A stretch of 64,000 bases of DNA, taken from assembly GCA_017453685.1 (NCBI GenBank), contig JAFTEL010000125.1, positions 5,025-69,024 of the forward strand, written 5' to 3'. The position numbers and the translations under genes were made by a program. Of this stretch, positions 15,658-24,229 are shown one piece after another. The number at the start of each line of letters is the position of its first letter. The stretch's first letter is position 1. The notes below the pieces were generated by a model. That model searched no databases and was not told the origin of the DNA. It saw only the letters and a list, made by a program, of their open reading frames with translations. This stretch comes from Clostridia bacterium (GTDB lineage: Bacteria; Bacillota; Clostridia; Oscillospirales; Acutalibacteraceae).

Positions 15658-17432
15658 TGCGGTACCGCCTCCTGTTCCATGTCGCTTTGAGCTTGTTCGG
15701 CGTCAGACTCCAATCCGAGCGTGCCGCCCGTCACTTCTTCACGCCGCTGCAGCACCTGCATGACCTTGCTCTGCTTGTCGTCGTCGTAATCCCAGAACAG
15801 GAAGGGAATGGTCATCAGAATATAGCCGACGATGTCGATAATAATGGGAATGACGATGATCTTGATGCGCGAGGCGTCGACAAACAGCACGTCCCAGTTG
15901 CTGTTGAAGCCGTATTTCAGCAGCATCAGCGGAATGATGAGACCGACGAAGGAAACGATGGGACCCGTGAACCAGCCGAACACGCCGGAAAAGTTTTCCA
16001 GCCGCTCGCCGGACAGATACATCTGATAGTCGTTGATACGAACCTCCATATCGTAGGAGGCGGTGGCGGGCACGGTTTTGCACATTTCCAGGAAGAACAG
16101 CGTGACGACGCAGATCGTGCCGCACAAAACCAGCTTGTCGCCGAGGAAGAGCAGCGCCAGAACAATGATCGTATTGCCGATCGCGCGCGAGAGCTGATAG
16201 AAGATTTGCAGCTGTCTGTAGGTAAAGCGCTTGAGGAAATAAGGCGCGAGCAGGTCGGGCGGCGTGCCGGCGAACGACACGAGCGCGACGATCAGGCTGT
16301 AAAGCAGACCGCTCAGGCGGAAGGTATAGAGATACAGGATCGTGGCAAACGGAAGCATACCGTTGCCCAAAGCGTCGAGCAGGTCGACGATCGTTTTGAT
16401 CCACTTGTATTTGTTTCGCATGACGCCGAACATGCCGTCCCAGAAATTGATCTGCACCTTTTTCTCAAGCGGCGGCTGCGGGATGCGTTCGCGCACGCGG
16501 CTGGCAAACACCATGGTCAGACCCGCCGCCACCACAAACGTAACAGGGATGACGAAACGGAACACGTTGATATCCGCCCACTCATAGCGCAGCGCGCCGA
16601 TGATGACCGGCAGAATGATCGCGAGGATCGAATAGAAGATGTGGGAAAGCTTGATCGGATAGGAGCGCACGAAAATGCGTTCGCGGACGTTGGGGCTGAT
16701 GTTGCGGGTGCAGATCTCCAGCCGGTTGTCAAAGCCGTAGAGATTGAAGACGGCAAACATCAGGTTGGCGACCCAGACGCGGGTGACAACGTCGGGAATA
16801 TTGTAGAACGGGAGCCAGCCGATGAGTATGGTCATGATGCACTTGGGGATGCAGTCGCTGTAAAGCATGTACTTATAGCGCCCGTACTTCGGGATGAGCT
16901 TTTTGCGCCAGAAAATACCGCGCGCGCCCGCCCAGCCGTTCCAGAGCAGATGGGTGCCGAGGATTTTGATCGCCGAGGCGAAGCTGATCCCTTCCAGCGA
17001 ATTCATATAGGTCACAAAGCGGTTCGCCGGATCGAAAAACGCCGCCACGTTGCCGAAAATGAGAAAGAGTCCGACGGCAATGAGCGCGAAATACAGCCCG
17101 TAGAGCTTCCGCTCGGTCTTTTTGACGAGCATGCCCAGATTGTCCGCGACCAGCCAGCCGATCAGCGTCCAGATATAATTGAGGGGCATGTTGATGATGT
17201 TGATGACGGAAAACGTCAGATACGGCAGCTTGTAGTGGTACATCATCAAGTAACACGCCGCGCCGAAGTAGATGTATTCCAGCACCTTCGAGCCGGTGTA
17301 GTTGCTGCCGACGGCGATGAAAATATCCTTGTATTCCTTGTAAGGAACGTATTTCCCCTCCGCCGGTGTTTTCCAATGGGTCTTGATCTCGGTGAATAAG
17401 GCTTTCACCTTGCTGCCCGATTCTTTTGCCAC
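15654..17432 (-). CDS. Divergent GPH-like polytopic membrane transporter
   Basis: 592 aa with at least 12 hydrophobic helices. Degenerate GPH motifs 'KLIPKYGRYKYM' and 'NDYQMYLSGERLENFSG'. Acidic C-terminal tail. Confidence 0.6.
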   Translation of the reverse strand: MAKESGSKVKALFTEIKTHWKTPAEGKYVPYKEYKDIFIAVGSNYTGSKVLEYIYFGAACYLMMYHYKLPYLTFSVINIINMPLNYIWTLIGWLVADNLGMLVKKTERKLYGLYFALIAVGLFLIFGNVAAFFDPANRFVTYMNSLEGISFASAIKILGTHLLWNGWAGARGIFWRKKLIPKYGRYKYMLYSDCIPKCIMTILIGWLPFYNIPDVVTRVWVANLMFAVFNLYGFDNRLEICTRNISPNVRERIFVRSYPIKLSHIFYSILAIILPVIIGALRYEWADINVFRFVIPVTFVVAAGLTMVFASRVRERIPQPPLEKKVQINFWDGMFGVMRNKYKWIKTIVDLLDALGNGMLPFATILYLYTFRLSGLLYSLIVALVSFAGTPPDLLAPYFLKRFTYRQLQIFYQLSRAIGNTIIVLALLFLGDKLVLCGTICVVTLFFLEMCKTVPATASYDMEVRINDYQMYLSGERLENFSGVFGWFTGPIVSFVGLIIPLMLLKYGFNSNWDVLFVDASRIKIIVIPIIIDIVGYILMTIPFLFWDYDDDKQSKVMQVLQRREEVTGGTLGLESDAEQAQSDMEQEAVPQ

Positions 17433-17489
17433 ACGGATCCTCCTATCTTCAGACAGCCCCGCTCGGTTCGCGGCGCGTGCCTTGCTTAT

Positions 17490-17741
17490 TTACCAAAGTT
17501 TGATGGGACATTTCTGTGTGCGGAACGCCGCACGGAATTCGGGATAACAGCCGCATTTCAGGCAGGTGCCGCCCGCGAGATGCTCGCACGCTTTGCAGAC
17601 GGTCAGCCTCTGTTGGTAAACCTCCTGTGCGGCGCGGTCGCGCTCGGGCAGCCGCGCGATATGTTCACGGATACTCGCCAGCACGTCCTCCCGCCCGCTC
17701 TCAAAGAGCAGGCAGCGGCGGCACACTCTGTCCTCCGTCAT
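17490..17741 (-). CDS. Small Cys-rich (putative Zn-binding) protein
   Basis: 83 aa with 'CRRC', 'CKAC' and 'CLKCGC'. ATGA overlap with the abfA stop. May belong to a DUF family of about 80-aa clostridial proteins, but I am not certain. Confidence 0.55.
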   Translation of the reverse strand: MTEDRVCRRCLLFESGREDVLASIREHIARLPERDRAAQEVYQQRLTVCKACEHLAGGTCLKCGCYPEFRAAFRTQKCPIKLW

Positions 17742-19246
17742 TTGATCTCAAAGCGGGTCACGCTGCACGGCGGCAGCGCGGCGGTGAAGCCGTCTGCCGT
17801 GGTCGTGAAATCGGTGAAATCAACGGTTTTCACGGCAGTCGGAGCGTCGAAGGTGTTGTAGTCATGGGGCGCTCCGGTCAGAATCTGAGCACGCACTTCC
17901 TTCACGGCGGTATCCGCCACCTGGCAGGCAATCTGCGCGCCCTCGTCGGCGGAGGTGTTGACCACCGTCGCCCAGATCGTGCCGTTCTCATCGACGGAAG
18001 CCGATTCGATCAGCTGCGGCAGCGGGCAGGTGCCGCGCCCCGAAGCGTCCTTGCCGTCGGGGATATCGCGCACCGAAGTAGTGATATAAGAACCGAGAAG
18101 CGTGTTGTTCTGATGCTCACGGAACATTTTGAACACGTGATAGGTCGGCGTGAGGAGCATCTTTTCGCCCTCGGTGAGCACGACCGCCTGCAGGACGTTG
18201 ACCGTCTGGGCGATGTTCGCCATGCGGATACGGTCGCTGTGCTTGTTGAAGATATTGAGCGTCAGCGCGGCGACCATCGCGTCGCGCATGGTGTTCTGCT
18301 GATAGAGGAAGCCCGGGTTCGTGCCCGGCTCCACGTCGTACCACGTGCCCCACTCGTCCACGATCAGGTCGACGCGGTGCTGGCGGTCATGGCGGTTCAT
18401 CACTTCGATATGGCGTGTGACGATGCCGTCGATGCGGTAGGCCTGCGCGAGCGTCTGGTCATACTGCAGGGGCGTGAACTCCGTGGACGATTTTTTGGAC
18501 TGGGTCTCCCAATCCCAGATGTCGGTATAGTAATGCAGCGACAAGCCGTTTGCCTTGTGCTTGACCTTGTCCATCACCTGATCCGTCCAATGATAATCCT
18601 CGTTGTTCGGACCGCAGGCGATGCGGTAAATGCGGTGATCGGGGTCATAGTTGCGGATATAGGTCTCATACTGCTTGAACAGGCAGCCGTAGTATTCGGG
18701 GTCCATATTGCCGCCGCAGCCCCAGTTCTCGTTGCCGACGCCGAAATAGGTCACGACCCAAGGTTCTTCCCTGCCGTTCTCGCGGCGCAGCTGCGCCATG
18801 GGCGACGTGCCGTCAAAGGTCATGTATTCGACCCATTCGTTCATCTCGCGCACCGTGCCGGAGCCGACGTTGCCGTTGATGTAAGCGTCGCAGCCGAGCT
18901 GGCGGCAGAGTTCAAAAAACTCGTGCGTGCCGAAGCTGTTGTCTTCCACGACCCTGCCCCAGTGGGTGTTCAGAATCTTTTTGCGCAGTTCTTTCGGACC
19001 GACGCCGTCCTTCCAGTGGTATTCATCGGCAAAGCAGCCGCCCGGCCAGCGCAGCACGGGAATGCCCATCTCGCGCAGCGCCTGCACCACGTCGACGCGC
19101 ATGCCGTTGACGTTCGGGATGTCGGAATCCTCGCCGACAAACAGCCCCTCATAGATGCATCTGCCCAGATGCTCGCTGAAATGACCGTAAATATCCTTGG
19201 AAATGCGGCTGATTTTCTGATTGGGATTGATCAAATATTTTTCCAT
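17738..19246 (-). CDS. abfA: Alpha-L-arabinofuranosidase, GH51
   Basis: '[16 protein letters not shown]', '[14 protein letters not shown]' and '[12 protein letters not shown]' (acid/base Glu in NEN). 502 aa. Confidence 0.9.
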   Translation of the reverse strand: MEKYLINPNQKISRISKDIYGHFSEHLGRCIYEGLFVGEDSDIPNVNGMRVDVVQALREMGIPVLRWPGGCFADEYHWKDGVGPKELRKKILNTHWGRVVEDNSFGTHEFFELCRQLGCDAYINGNVGSGTVREMNEWVEYMTFDGTSPMAQLRRENGREEPWVVTYFGVGNENWGCGGNMDPEYYGCLFKQYETYIRNYDPDHRIYRIACGPNNEDYHWTDQVMDKVKHKANGLSLHYYTDIWDWETQSKKSSTEFTPLQYDQTLAQAYRIDGIVTRHIEVMNRHDRQHRVDLIVDEWGTWYDVEPGTNPGFLYQQNTMRDAMVAALTLNIFNKHSDRIRMANIAQTVNVLQAVVLTEGEKMLLTPTYHVFKMFREHQNNTLLGSYITTSVRDIPDGKDASGRGTCPLPQLIESASVDENGTIWATVVNTSADEGAQIACQVADTAVKEVRAQILTGAPHDYNTFDAPTAVKTVDFTDFTTTADGFTAALPPCSVTRFEIK

Positions 19247-19370
19247 ATTCCACCCGTTCCTTTGCTTATTTTAACAATATAAAAATATAATAGCAAACTG
19301 CACAAAATAATGCAACTGCTTCGCGATATTTTTATTCTCTTTTTAATAAGATTTTTTATTATAACCGCGC

Positions 19371-19406
19371 AAAAACGGACGTGCCGCAAAAGGACGGCAC
19401 GTCCGT
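19371..19406 (-). terminator. Rho-independent terminator after the GH5 gene
   Basis: 12-bp perfect stem ACGGACGTGCCG / CGGCACGTCCGT, followed on the minus strand by TTTTT. Confidence 0.65.
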
Positions 19407-19431
19407 TGAATCCGCGTTATTCCAACGACGA

Positions 19432-20814
19432 TCAGAGGAGATCGCCGGTTCTGAGTTTTCTGATCCAGTCGAGGATCGTTGTTTTGATCGCCAGCAGTTT
19501 TTCGCTGCGCATGGCCGAGCGCTGCGCGCGGGTGCCCGCCGTATTGATCAGGCCGAAGGTCTTCAGGCACGGTTCATCGATGAACCCGCCCGCAAAAACG
19601 GCGCAGTAATCGGCAAAGTTGTTCTTTTGGAACTTGCCGCCGTCGGTGCGGAGCACCTCGCCGAATTTCTGCATAAGGGTCTCGTAGCTGTCGTTTTCAT
19701 AATCAATCTTTTCGATATCCGAGGAGCCGTAGAGGAACCACGGAGAAGCGTCCGCGTCGGGACCTGCGCCCTTATACGTCCACGTCGTCCAGCTCAGATC
19801 ATTCTGATTGAAAATCGAAAGCAGATAACCGAAGGTGGTCAAGCCTCTCGGATAGAACTCACCGATATAAAACGGCGCGTTATAGTTGGCGTTTTTGATC
19901 TCGTTGACCTTGCGCAGGATGGTGGGGTTGGTCACGTCGTAAAGATGCTCCTGATACACGATATTTTCCCAGCCGTAGACGTCGGGCGACGCAATGGCGG
20001 ACGGGTCCCAGATTGCCTCCATGCAGATGATGTGATCGGGATCGACCGCTCTGACAGCCTCATAGATATCGTTGCTCAGATCCCAGAAGGTCTGCTGGAA
20101 GCTGCCGTCTCTGGTGATATTGGTGCCCAGCGGCTCGTTCATCAGATCATACATCGCGATGGTGCTCTCGCCCGCGTAATGCTTGGCGAGCTCGACCCAG
20201 AAATCAATGACGACTTCCCTGTAGCGCGCACCCTGCTCGGTGTCGTCAAACAGCGACATGGATTTGGACTGACCGCAGTGGTCGTAATCATTCTGATAGC
20301 CGGGCAGACCGTGCAGGTCGATGATGAGGTAAAGCCCGTATTTCTTGCACAGAGAAACGGCGGTATCGAGTTCGCTGAAATCAATGCTGCCATCCGCCTT
20401 GCGGTACCATGTGCCGTTGTCGTCCGATTGGAAATTGCGGTACCAGATCGGCAGACGGATGACGTTCATGCCCAAATCGGCAACGTTTTGATAATCGATC
20501 TCCGTGATCCAGTTGCTGCGGTAGGTCTTGAACAGCTCGCGGGTCGCTTCGCTGCCGAACCTGCTTTCCAGCGTTTTATAAACAGGATCGAGCCCGGCGG
20601 GATTGGTGTAAGGGCAGAACCAGTCTTCCATGATGCCCCAGCCGCCGAAATTGGTGCCGCGCAGCAAAATCTCTTCCCCGTTGGCGTCCATGATCCTTTT
20701 GCCCTCGGTGTGGAGCATCGGCAGCGCCGCGCCGTCGACCGCGAACGCGGGCAAGACGGAACACACGGCAAAAACGAGCACGAAGAGAAGCGAAACAAAT
20801 CTTTTCCTATTCAT
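19432..20814 (-). CDS. Secreted GH5-family glycoside hydrolase (cellulase-superfamily beta-glycanase)
   Basis: Signal peptide 'FVLVFAVCSVLPAFA'. Motifs 'GTNFGGW', 'NVIRLPI', 'IIDLHG' and 'YDLMNEP' (NEP acid/base). Confidence 0.85.
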   Translation of the reverse strand: MNRKRFVSLLFVLVFAVCSVLPAFAVDGAALPMLHTEGKRIMDANGEEILLRGTNFGGWGIMEDWFCPYTNPAGLDPVYKTLESRFGSEATRELFKTYRSNWITEIDYQNVADLGMNVIRLPIWYRNFQSDDNGTWYRKADGSIDFSELDTAVSLCKKYGLYLIIDLHGLPGYQNDYDHCGQSKSMSLFDDTEQGARYREVVIDFWVELAKHYAGESTIAMYDLMNEPLGTNITRDGSFQQTFWDLSNDIYEAVRAVDPDHIICMEAIWDPSAIASPDVYGWENIVYQEHLYDVTNPTILRKVNEIKNANYNAPFYIGEFYPRGLTTFGYLLSIFNQNDLSWTTWTYKGAGPDADASPWFLYGSSDIEKIDYENDSYETLMQKFGEVLRTDGGKFQKNNFADYCAVFAGGFIDEPCLKTFGLINTAGTRAQRSAMRSEKLLAIKTTILDWIRKLRTGDLL

Positions 20815-20983
20815 ATTCCCGATTCCTTTCTGAAATCAATAACTAACAATAAAACTGTATCAAAGATTCCCGTTCCTGTCAATTCCCGTTTTTCGCTTTT
20901 GACCAATTATCATTGAAAACACCGCGCGTGTGTGCTATATATGGAACGAGATCATCAAATAAACCCGAAAGGTGTGACAGTAT

Positions 20984-22963
20984 ATGATCCGAAAACCGTT
21001 TCTCGGCTGCGCGTACTATCCCGAGGATTGGGCGGACGAGCAGCTTGACTATGATATCAGCATGATGCAAAAGGCCGGGATCACCTGCGCCCGCATCGGT
21101 GAATTTGCCTGGCGGAAAATGGAACCGAAGCGCGGGCAGTATGAATTCGGGTGGCTCCATCGGGTCGTTGACCGGCTGGCGCAGGCCGGCATCGCGGTCA
21201 TCTTAGGCACCCCGACCGCCACGCCTCCCATCTGGCTGGGTGAGGAACACCCCGACGTGTTTATGCAGAACACCAACGGCACGCGCGCGCAGCACGGCGG
21301 GCGGCGGCATTGCTGCGCCAATAATCCGCATTATCTCGAAGCCTGCGACCGAATCGTTGACGCGATGGGGCGGGAATTCGGCAGCGACCCCAACGTCATC
21401 GGCTGGCAGCTCGACAACGAGATTTTGTCCTGGCAGACGGGCTGTACCTGCCGCTACTGCATGGAAAACTACCACGCCCATCTGCAAAAGCAATACGGAA
21501 CGATCGAAGCCCTCAACGCCCGCTGGAATCTGAACCTGTTCAGTCAGGCGTATGACCGCTTCGACCAGGTGCCGGGCGACTGGAACGCCTGGCACAATCC
21601 GCACCTGAAATATGAATGGGCCGACGCGCACCATCAGGCGGATATCGCGTTTCTGCACCGGCAGGCGAAAATTCTAAGAAAGTATACCGACGCTCCCATC
21701 GGCACGGATATGATGCCCACCAATTTCATGGACTATGAGGAAATGTGCGGCAAGCTGGACGTGGTCATGTATAACCACTACAACACGCGGGAAAACCTGG
21801 CCGACGCAATCTTCTGGTTCGACTATCTGCGCACGCTGAAAGACCGTCCCTTCTGGAACACGGAAACCAACGCCACATGGAACGGTTCCACCGAGATCGG
21901 CATGGTGCTGCAGCCGGAGGGTTACTGCCGCGTCAATTCCTGGCTGCCCGTCGCGTTGGGCGGCGAGAGCAACCTGTATTGGCTGTGGCGCCAGCACTGG
22001 GCGGGACACGAACTGATGCACGGGTCACTGCTGTCACCCGAGGGCCGACCGACCCACACCTTCGGCGAAGTTCAGCAAACCGCGGCGGATTTCAAACGGT
22101 CGTCGGATTTTATCGCGGGCACCAGGGTGCAAACGCCTGTCGCGCTCCATTATACAAGCAGAGCATATCAACTGTTCGAGCAGCAGAAAATCGTCAAGGG
22201 CAACCGCTATGAGGAGAACGTGCGAACCGTTCACAAGGCGCTGGTGCGCGGCGGCGTGCGGCCGGACGTGATCGGCGTCAATCGCGTGCTTGACGAATAC
22301 AAGCTGTTGTTCTCCCCCTGTGTGATGACGCTGGAGGACGGCGATCTGGCGGAAAAGATCCGCGCGTTCGTGGAAAACGGCGGCGTCTGGGTCGCGGGTC
22401 CGATGACGGACGTCCGCAACGCAATCGGCGCGCATTACACCGACCGCGCCATGGGCATGATCGAGGATTGGCTCGGCGTGCGGCTCGATTACGGCATCCC
22501 TACCGACGGAGCCGTGCTGAAAACGGCGTGGGAAAGCGGCGAAGAACTGCACGCGCGCAGTTGGGCAGAGCTGTATACGCTCAGCGGCGGCGAACCGCTG
22601 GCGAGCGTGACCGGCGGTCATTCCGCGCTGGTCGGGAAAGCGGTGATCTCGCGTCACAAGGTCGGCAAGGGCGAAGTGATCCTCTGCGGCACGCTGCTGA
22701 CGGAAAACGACCTCGACCATCTGATCCGCCTTGCGCTGGCGGACGCGGGCGTGGAAGCCTACCGCGTGGAAGGCACGCTGCAGGTCTCGACCCGCTGCGG
22801 TCAGGCGGGCAAAGGGCTTGTGCTCTGCGAAACCGGCTGCGAACCGGCGTCGGTCGAGATCGACGCGCCCATGACCGACCTTTTGACGGGCGAAACCTTC
22901 CGAACGGTCGTTCCCGTGGAGCCCTACGGCGTTCGGGTGCTGACGGAAGCCCCGACCGAATAA
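20984..22963 (+). CDS. Beta-galactosidase, GH42
   Basis: 'GCAYYPEDW', 'ARIGEFAWRKMEP' and 'IGWQLDNE'. Cys cluster 'CC...CTCRYC'. 659 aa. Confidence 0.9.
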   Translation: MIRKPFLGCAYYPEDWADEQLDYDISMMQKAGITCARIGEFAWRKMEPKRGQYEFGWLHRVVDRLAQAGIAVILGTPTATPPIWLGEEHPDVFMQNTNGTRAQHGGRRHCCANNPHYLEACDRIVDAMGREFGSDPNVIGWQLDNEILSWQTGCTCRYCMENYHAHLQKQYGTIEALNARWNLNLFSQAYDRFDQVPGDWNAWHNPHLKYEWADAHHQADIAFLHRQAKILRKYTDAPIGTDMMPTNFMDYEEMCGKLDVVMYNHYNTRENLADAIFWFDYLRTLKDRPFWNTETNATWNGSTEIGMVLQPEGYCRVNSWLPVALGGESNLYWLWRQHWAGHELMHGSLLSPEGRPTHTFGEVQQTAADFKRSSDFIAGTRVQTPVALHYTSRAYQLFEQQKIVKGNRYEENVRTVHKALVRGGVRPDVIGVNRVLDEYKLLFSPCVMTLEDGDLAEKIRAFVENGGVWVAGPMTDVRNAIGAHYTDRAMGMIEDWLGVRLDYGIPTDGAVLKTAWESGEELHARSWAELYTLSGGEPLASVTGGHSALVGKAVISRHKVGKGEVILCGTLLTENDLDHLIRLALADAGVEAYRVEGTLQVSTRCGQAGKGLVLCETGCEPASVEIDAPMTDLLTGETFRTVVPVEPYGVRVLTEAPTE

Positions 22964-22991
22964 CGCCATCGAAATCAAAAAAGATAAAAAA

Positions 22992-23030
22992 CGTGCCTGA
23001 ACTGTGGAAAGCTTCCATCGTTCGGGCACG
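22992..23030. terminator. Hairpin terminator between convergent genes
   Basis: CGTGCCTGAAC / GTTCGGGCACG stem of 11 bp including one G-U, with inner hairpin TGGAA-agc-TTCCA. An A-rich run upstream gives a T-run on the minus strand. Confidence 0.5.
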
Positions 23031-23053
23031 ATTCTGTTATGTTGCAAAAAGGA

Positions 23054-23752
23054 TCATCTGGCGGATTTGGCCATGCTTTCCCGCTCGGCGATCAGCGTCA
23101 GCAGTTGGTCGCCGACCGATTCGGTCATGGCGTCGTCGCCGCGGGAAACCGCGTCCGACAGGACGGTGAAATTGGCGTAGATCTTCGCTTCCACCTCGTC
23201 CAGCGCGGGCGTGCTGGTTTTGTCGGCATAACGGAACGCTTCATACACCTTGTTTGCCATCGCTTTGGTCTCGTCGGTTTTCGCCTTGGCGATGAGCCCT
23301 TCGGCCGCCGTCGTCATCTGGCGGATAAACGCGGTGTTGACGGCAACCTTCTGCCCGATATCCGTGACCGCGGTCGCGGCGGTATCGGCTTTGACGACAG
23401 CGATGGCAAAGAAGCCAAGGATGAGCACCGCCGCCAGGATCGCCACGAAGAACGGCACGCCGGGGATGAAGGCAAGCGCGGTGCACACGAGCGCCGTCAC
23501 GATCACGCAAGATTTGCCCAACGACAGCAGCGGCAGATTCAAGAAGACTTTTTCTTTGTTCTCTTCGTTCAGGCATTTGTAACCCAATCCGAGCTGGATC
23601 AAAAAGGCAGCCAGCACGGCGACGTAGCAAATGATAAAGGTCGCGTCGATTTTTTTGCCGGGGATGAACATGGCGGCAACGAAAGCGAACACACTGAACA
23701 TGACCACGGCGATCGCCCAGATGATCGCAAAATTCTTAAAATACTTTTTCAT
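23054..23752 (-). CDS. Membrane protein (4 TM) with C-terminal soluble alpha-helical domain
   Basis: Start trimmed to the ATG at 23752, with GGAGG 5 nt upstream. The protein begins MKKYFKNFAIIWAIAVVMF.... The C-terminal half is Ala/Lys/Glu/Thr-rich. I recognise no family. Confidence 0.7.
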   Translation of the reverse strand: MKKYFKNFAIIWAIAVVMFSVFAFVAAMFIPGKKIDATFIICYVAVLAAFLIQLGLGYKCLNEENKEKVFLNLPLLSLGKSCVIVTALVCTALAFIPGVPFFVAILAAVLILGFFAIAVVKADTAATAVTDIGQKVAVNTAFIRQMTTAAEGLIAKAKTDETKAMANKVYEAFRYADKTSTPALDEVEAKIYANFTVLSDAVSRGDDAMTESVGDQLLTLIAERESMAKSAR

Positions 23753-23770
23753 AATTACCTCCAACTAACT

Positions 23771-23802
23771 TAATGCGGAATGCGGAGTGCGAAAGGCGGA
23801 AT
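23771..23802. repeat. Left arm of 32-nt inverted repeat flanking the four-helix-bundle gene
   Basis: TAATGCGGAATGCGGAGTGCGAAAGGCGGAAT, made of four AAKGCGG-like heptamers. Confidence 0.9.
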
Positions 23803-23837
23803 TATGGGTCGCTTCGCTCCGATTTCATTACGCACAT

Positions 23838-24227
23838 TCAGTTTGAAATGCTCTTTTGCGTTTTTGTGATAGCTTTTAACAATTTCATCAATTCATTACA
23901 GTCGGCATAAATGCTTTCAAAGGATGATTTGTCGATATAATTACTCTCATACAGAAGTTCAAGCCAATAACCCGTTTCGGCTGCTTCTTTGAGAGCGATA
24001 TTCATTTTGGCATAAAAGTCGGCTTTGGTCTGCCCACATTCTGCTTCGCAAATGTTGGCTCCGATGCTTGTGCCGGAACGGAGAATTTGTTTGGACATAA
24101 CATACTCATTCTTCTCCGCAGTGAGAAACTGATAAAGACGAATTGTTCTCAAGGCAAATTGTTTTGCCTTGTTAAGAACAATGTTTTCGTTTTCTTCATT
24201 CCGCACTCCGCATTCCGCCTTCCGCAT
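23838..24227 (-). CDS. Four-helix-bundle protein (23S rRNA intervening-sequence protein / bAvd family)
   Basis: '...ILRSGTSIGANICEAECGQTKADFYAKMNIALKEAAETGYWLELL' is the family signature. Start set at the ATG at 24227-24225, which overlaps the upstream TAA (TAATG). The longer track ORF runs into the upstream gene. Confidence 0.85.
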   Translation of the reverse strand: MRKAECGVRNEENENIVLNKAKQFALRTIRLYQFLTAEKNEYVMSKQILRSGTSIGANICEAECGQTKADFYAKMNIALKEAAETGYWLELLYESNYIDKSSFESIYADCNELMKLLKAITKTQKSISN

Positions 24228-24229
24228 TA
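24198..24229. repeat. Right arm of 32-nt inverted repeat
   Basis: Reverse complement reads TAATGCGGAAGGCGGAATGCGGAGTGCGGAAT. It matches the left arm at 27 WC + 2 GU of 32 positions when folded as RNA. It contains the SPFH stop codon and the 4HB start codon. Confidence 0.9.
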
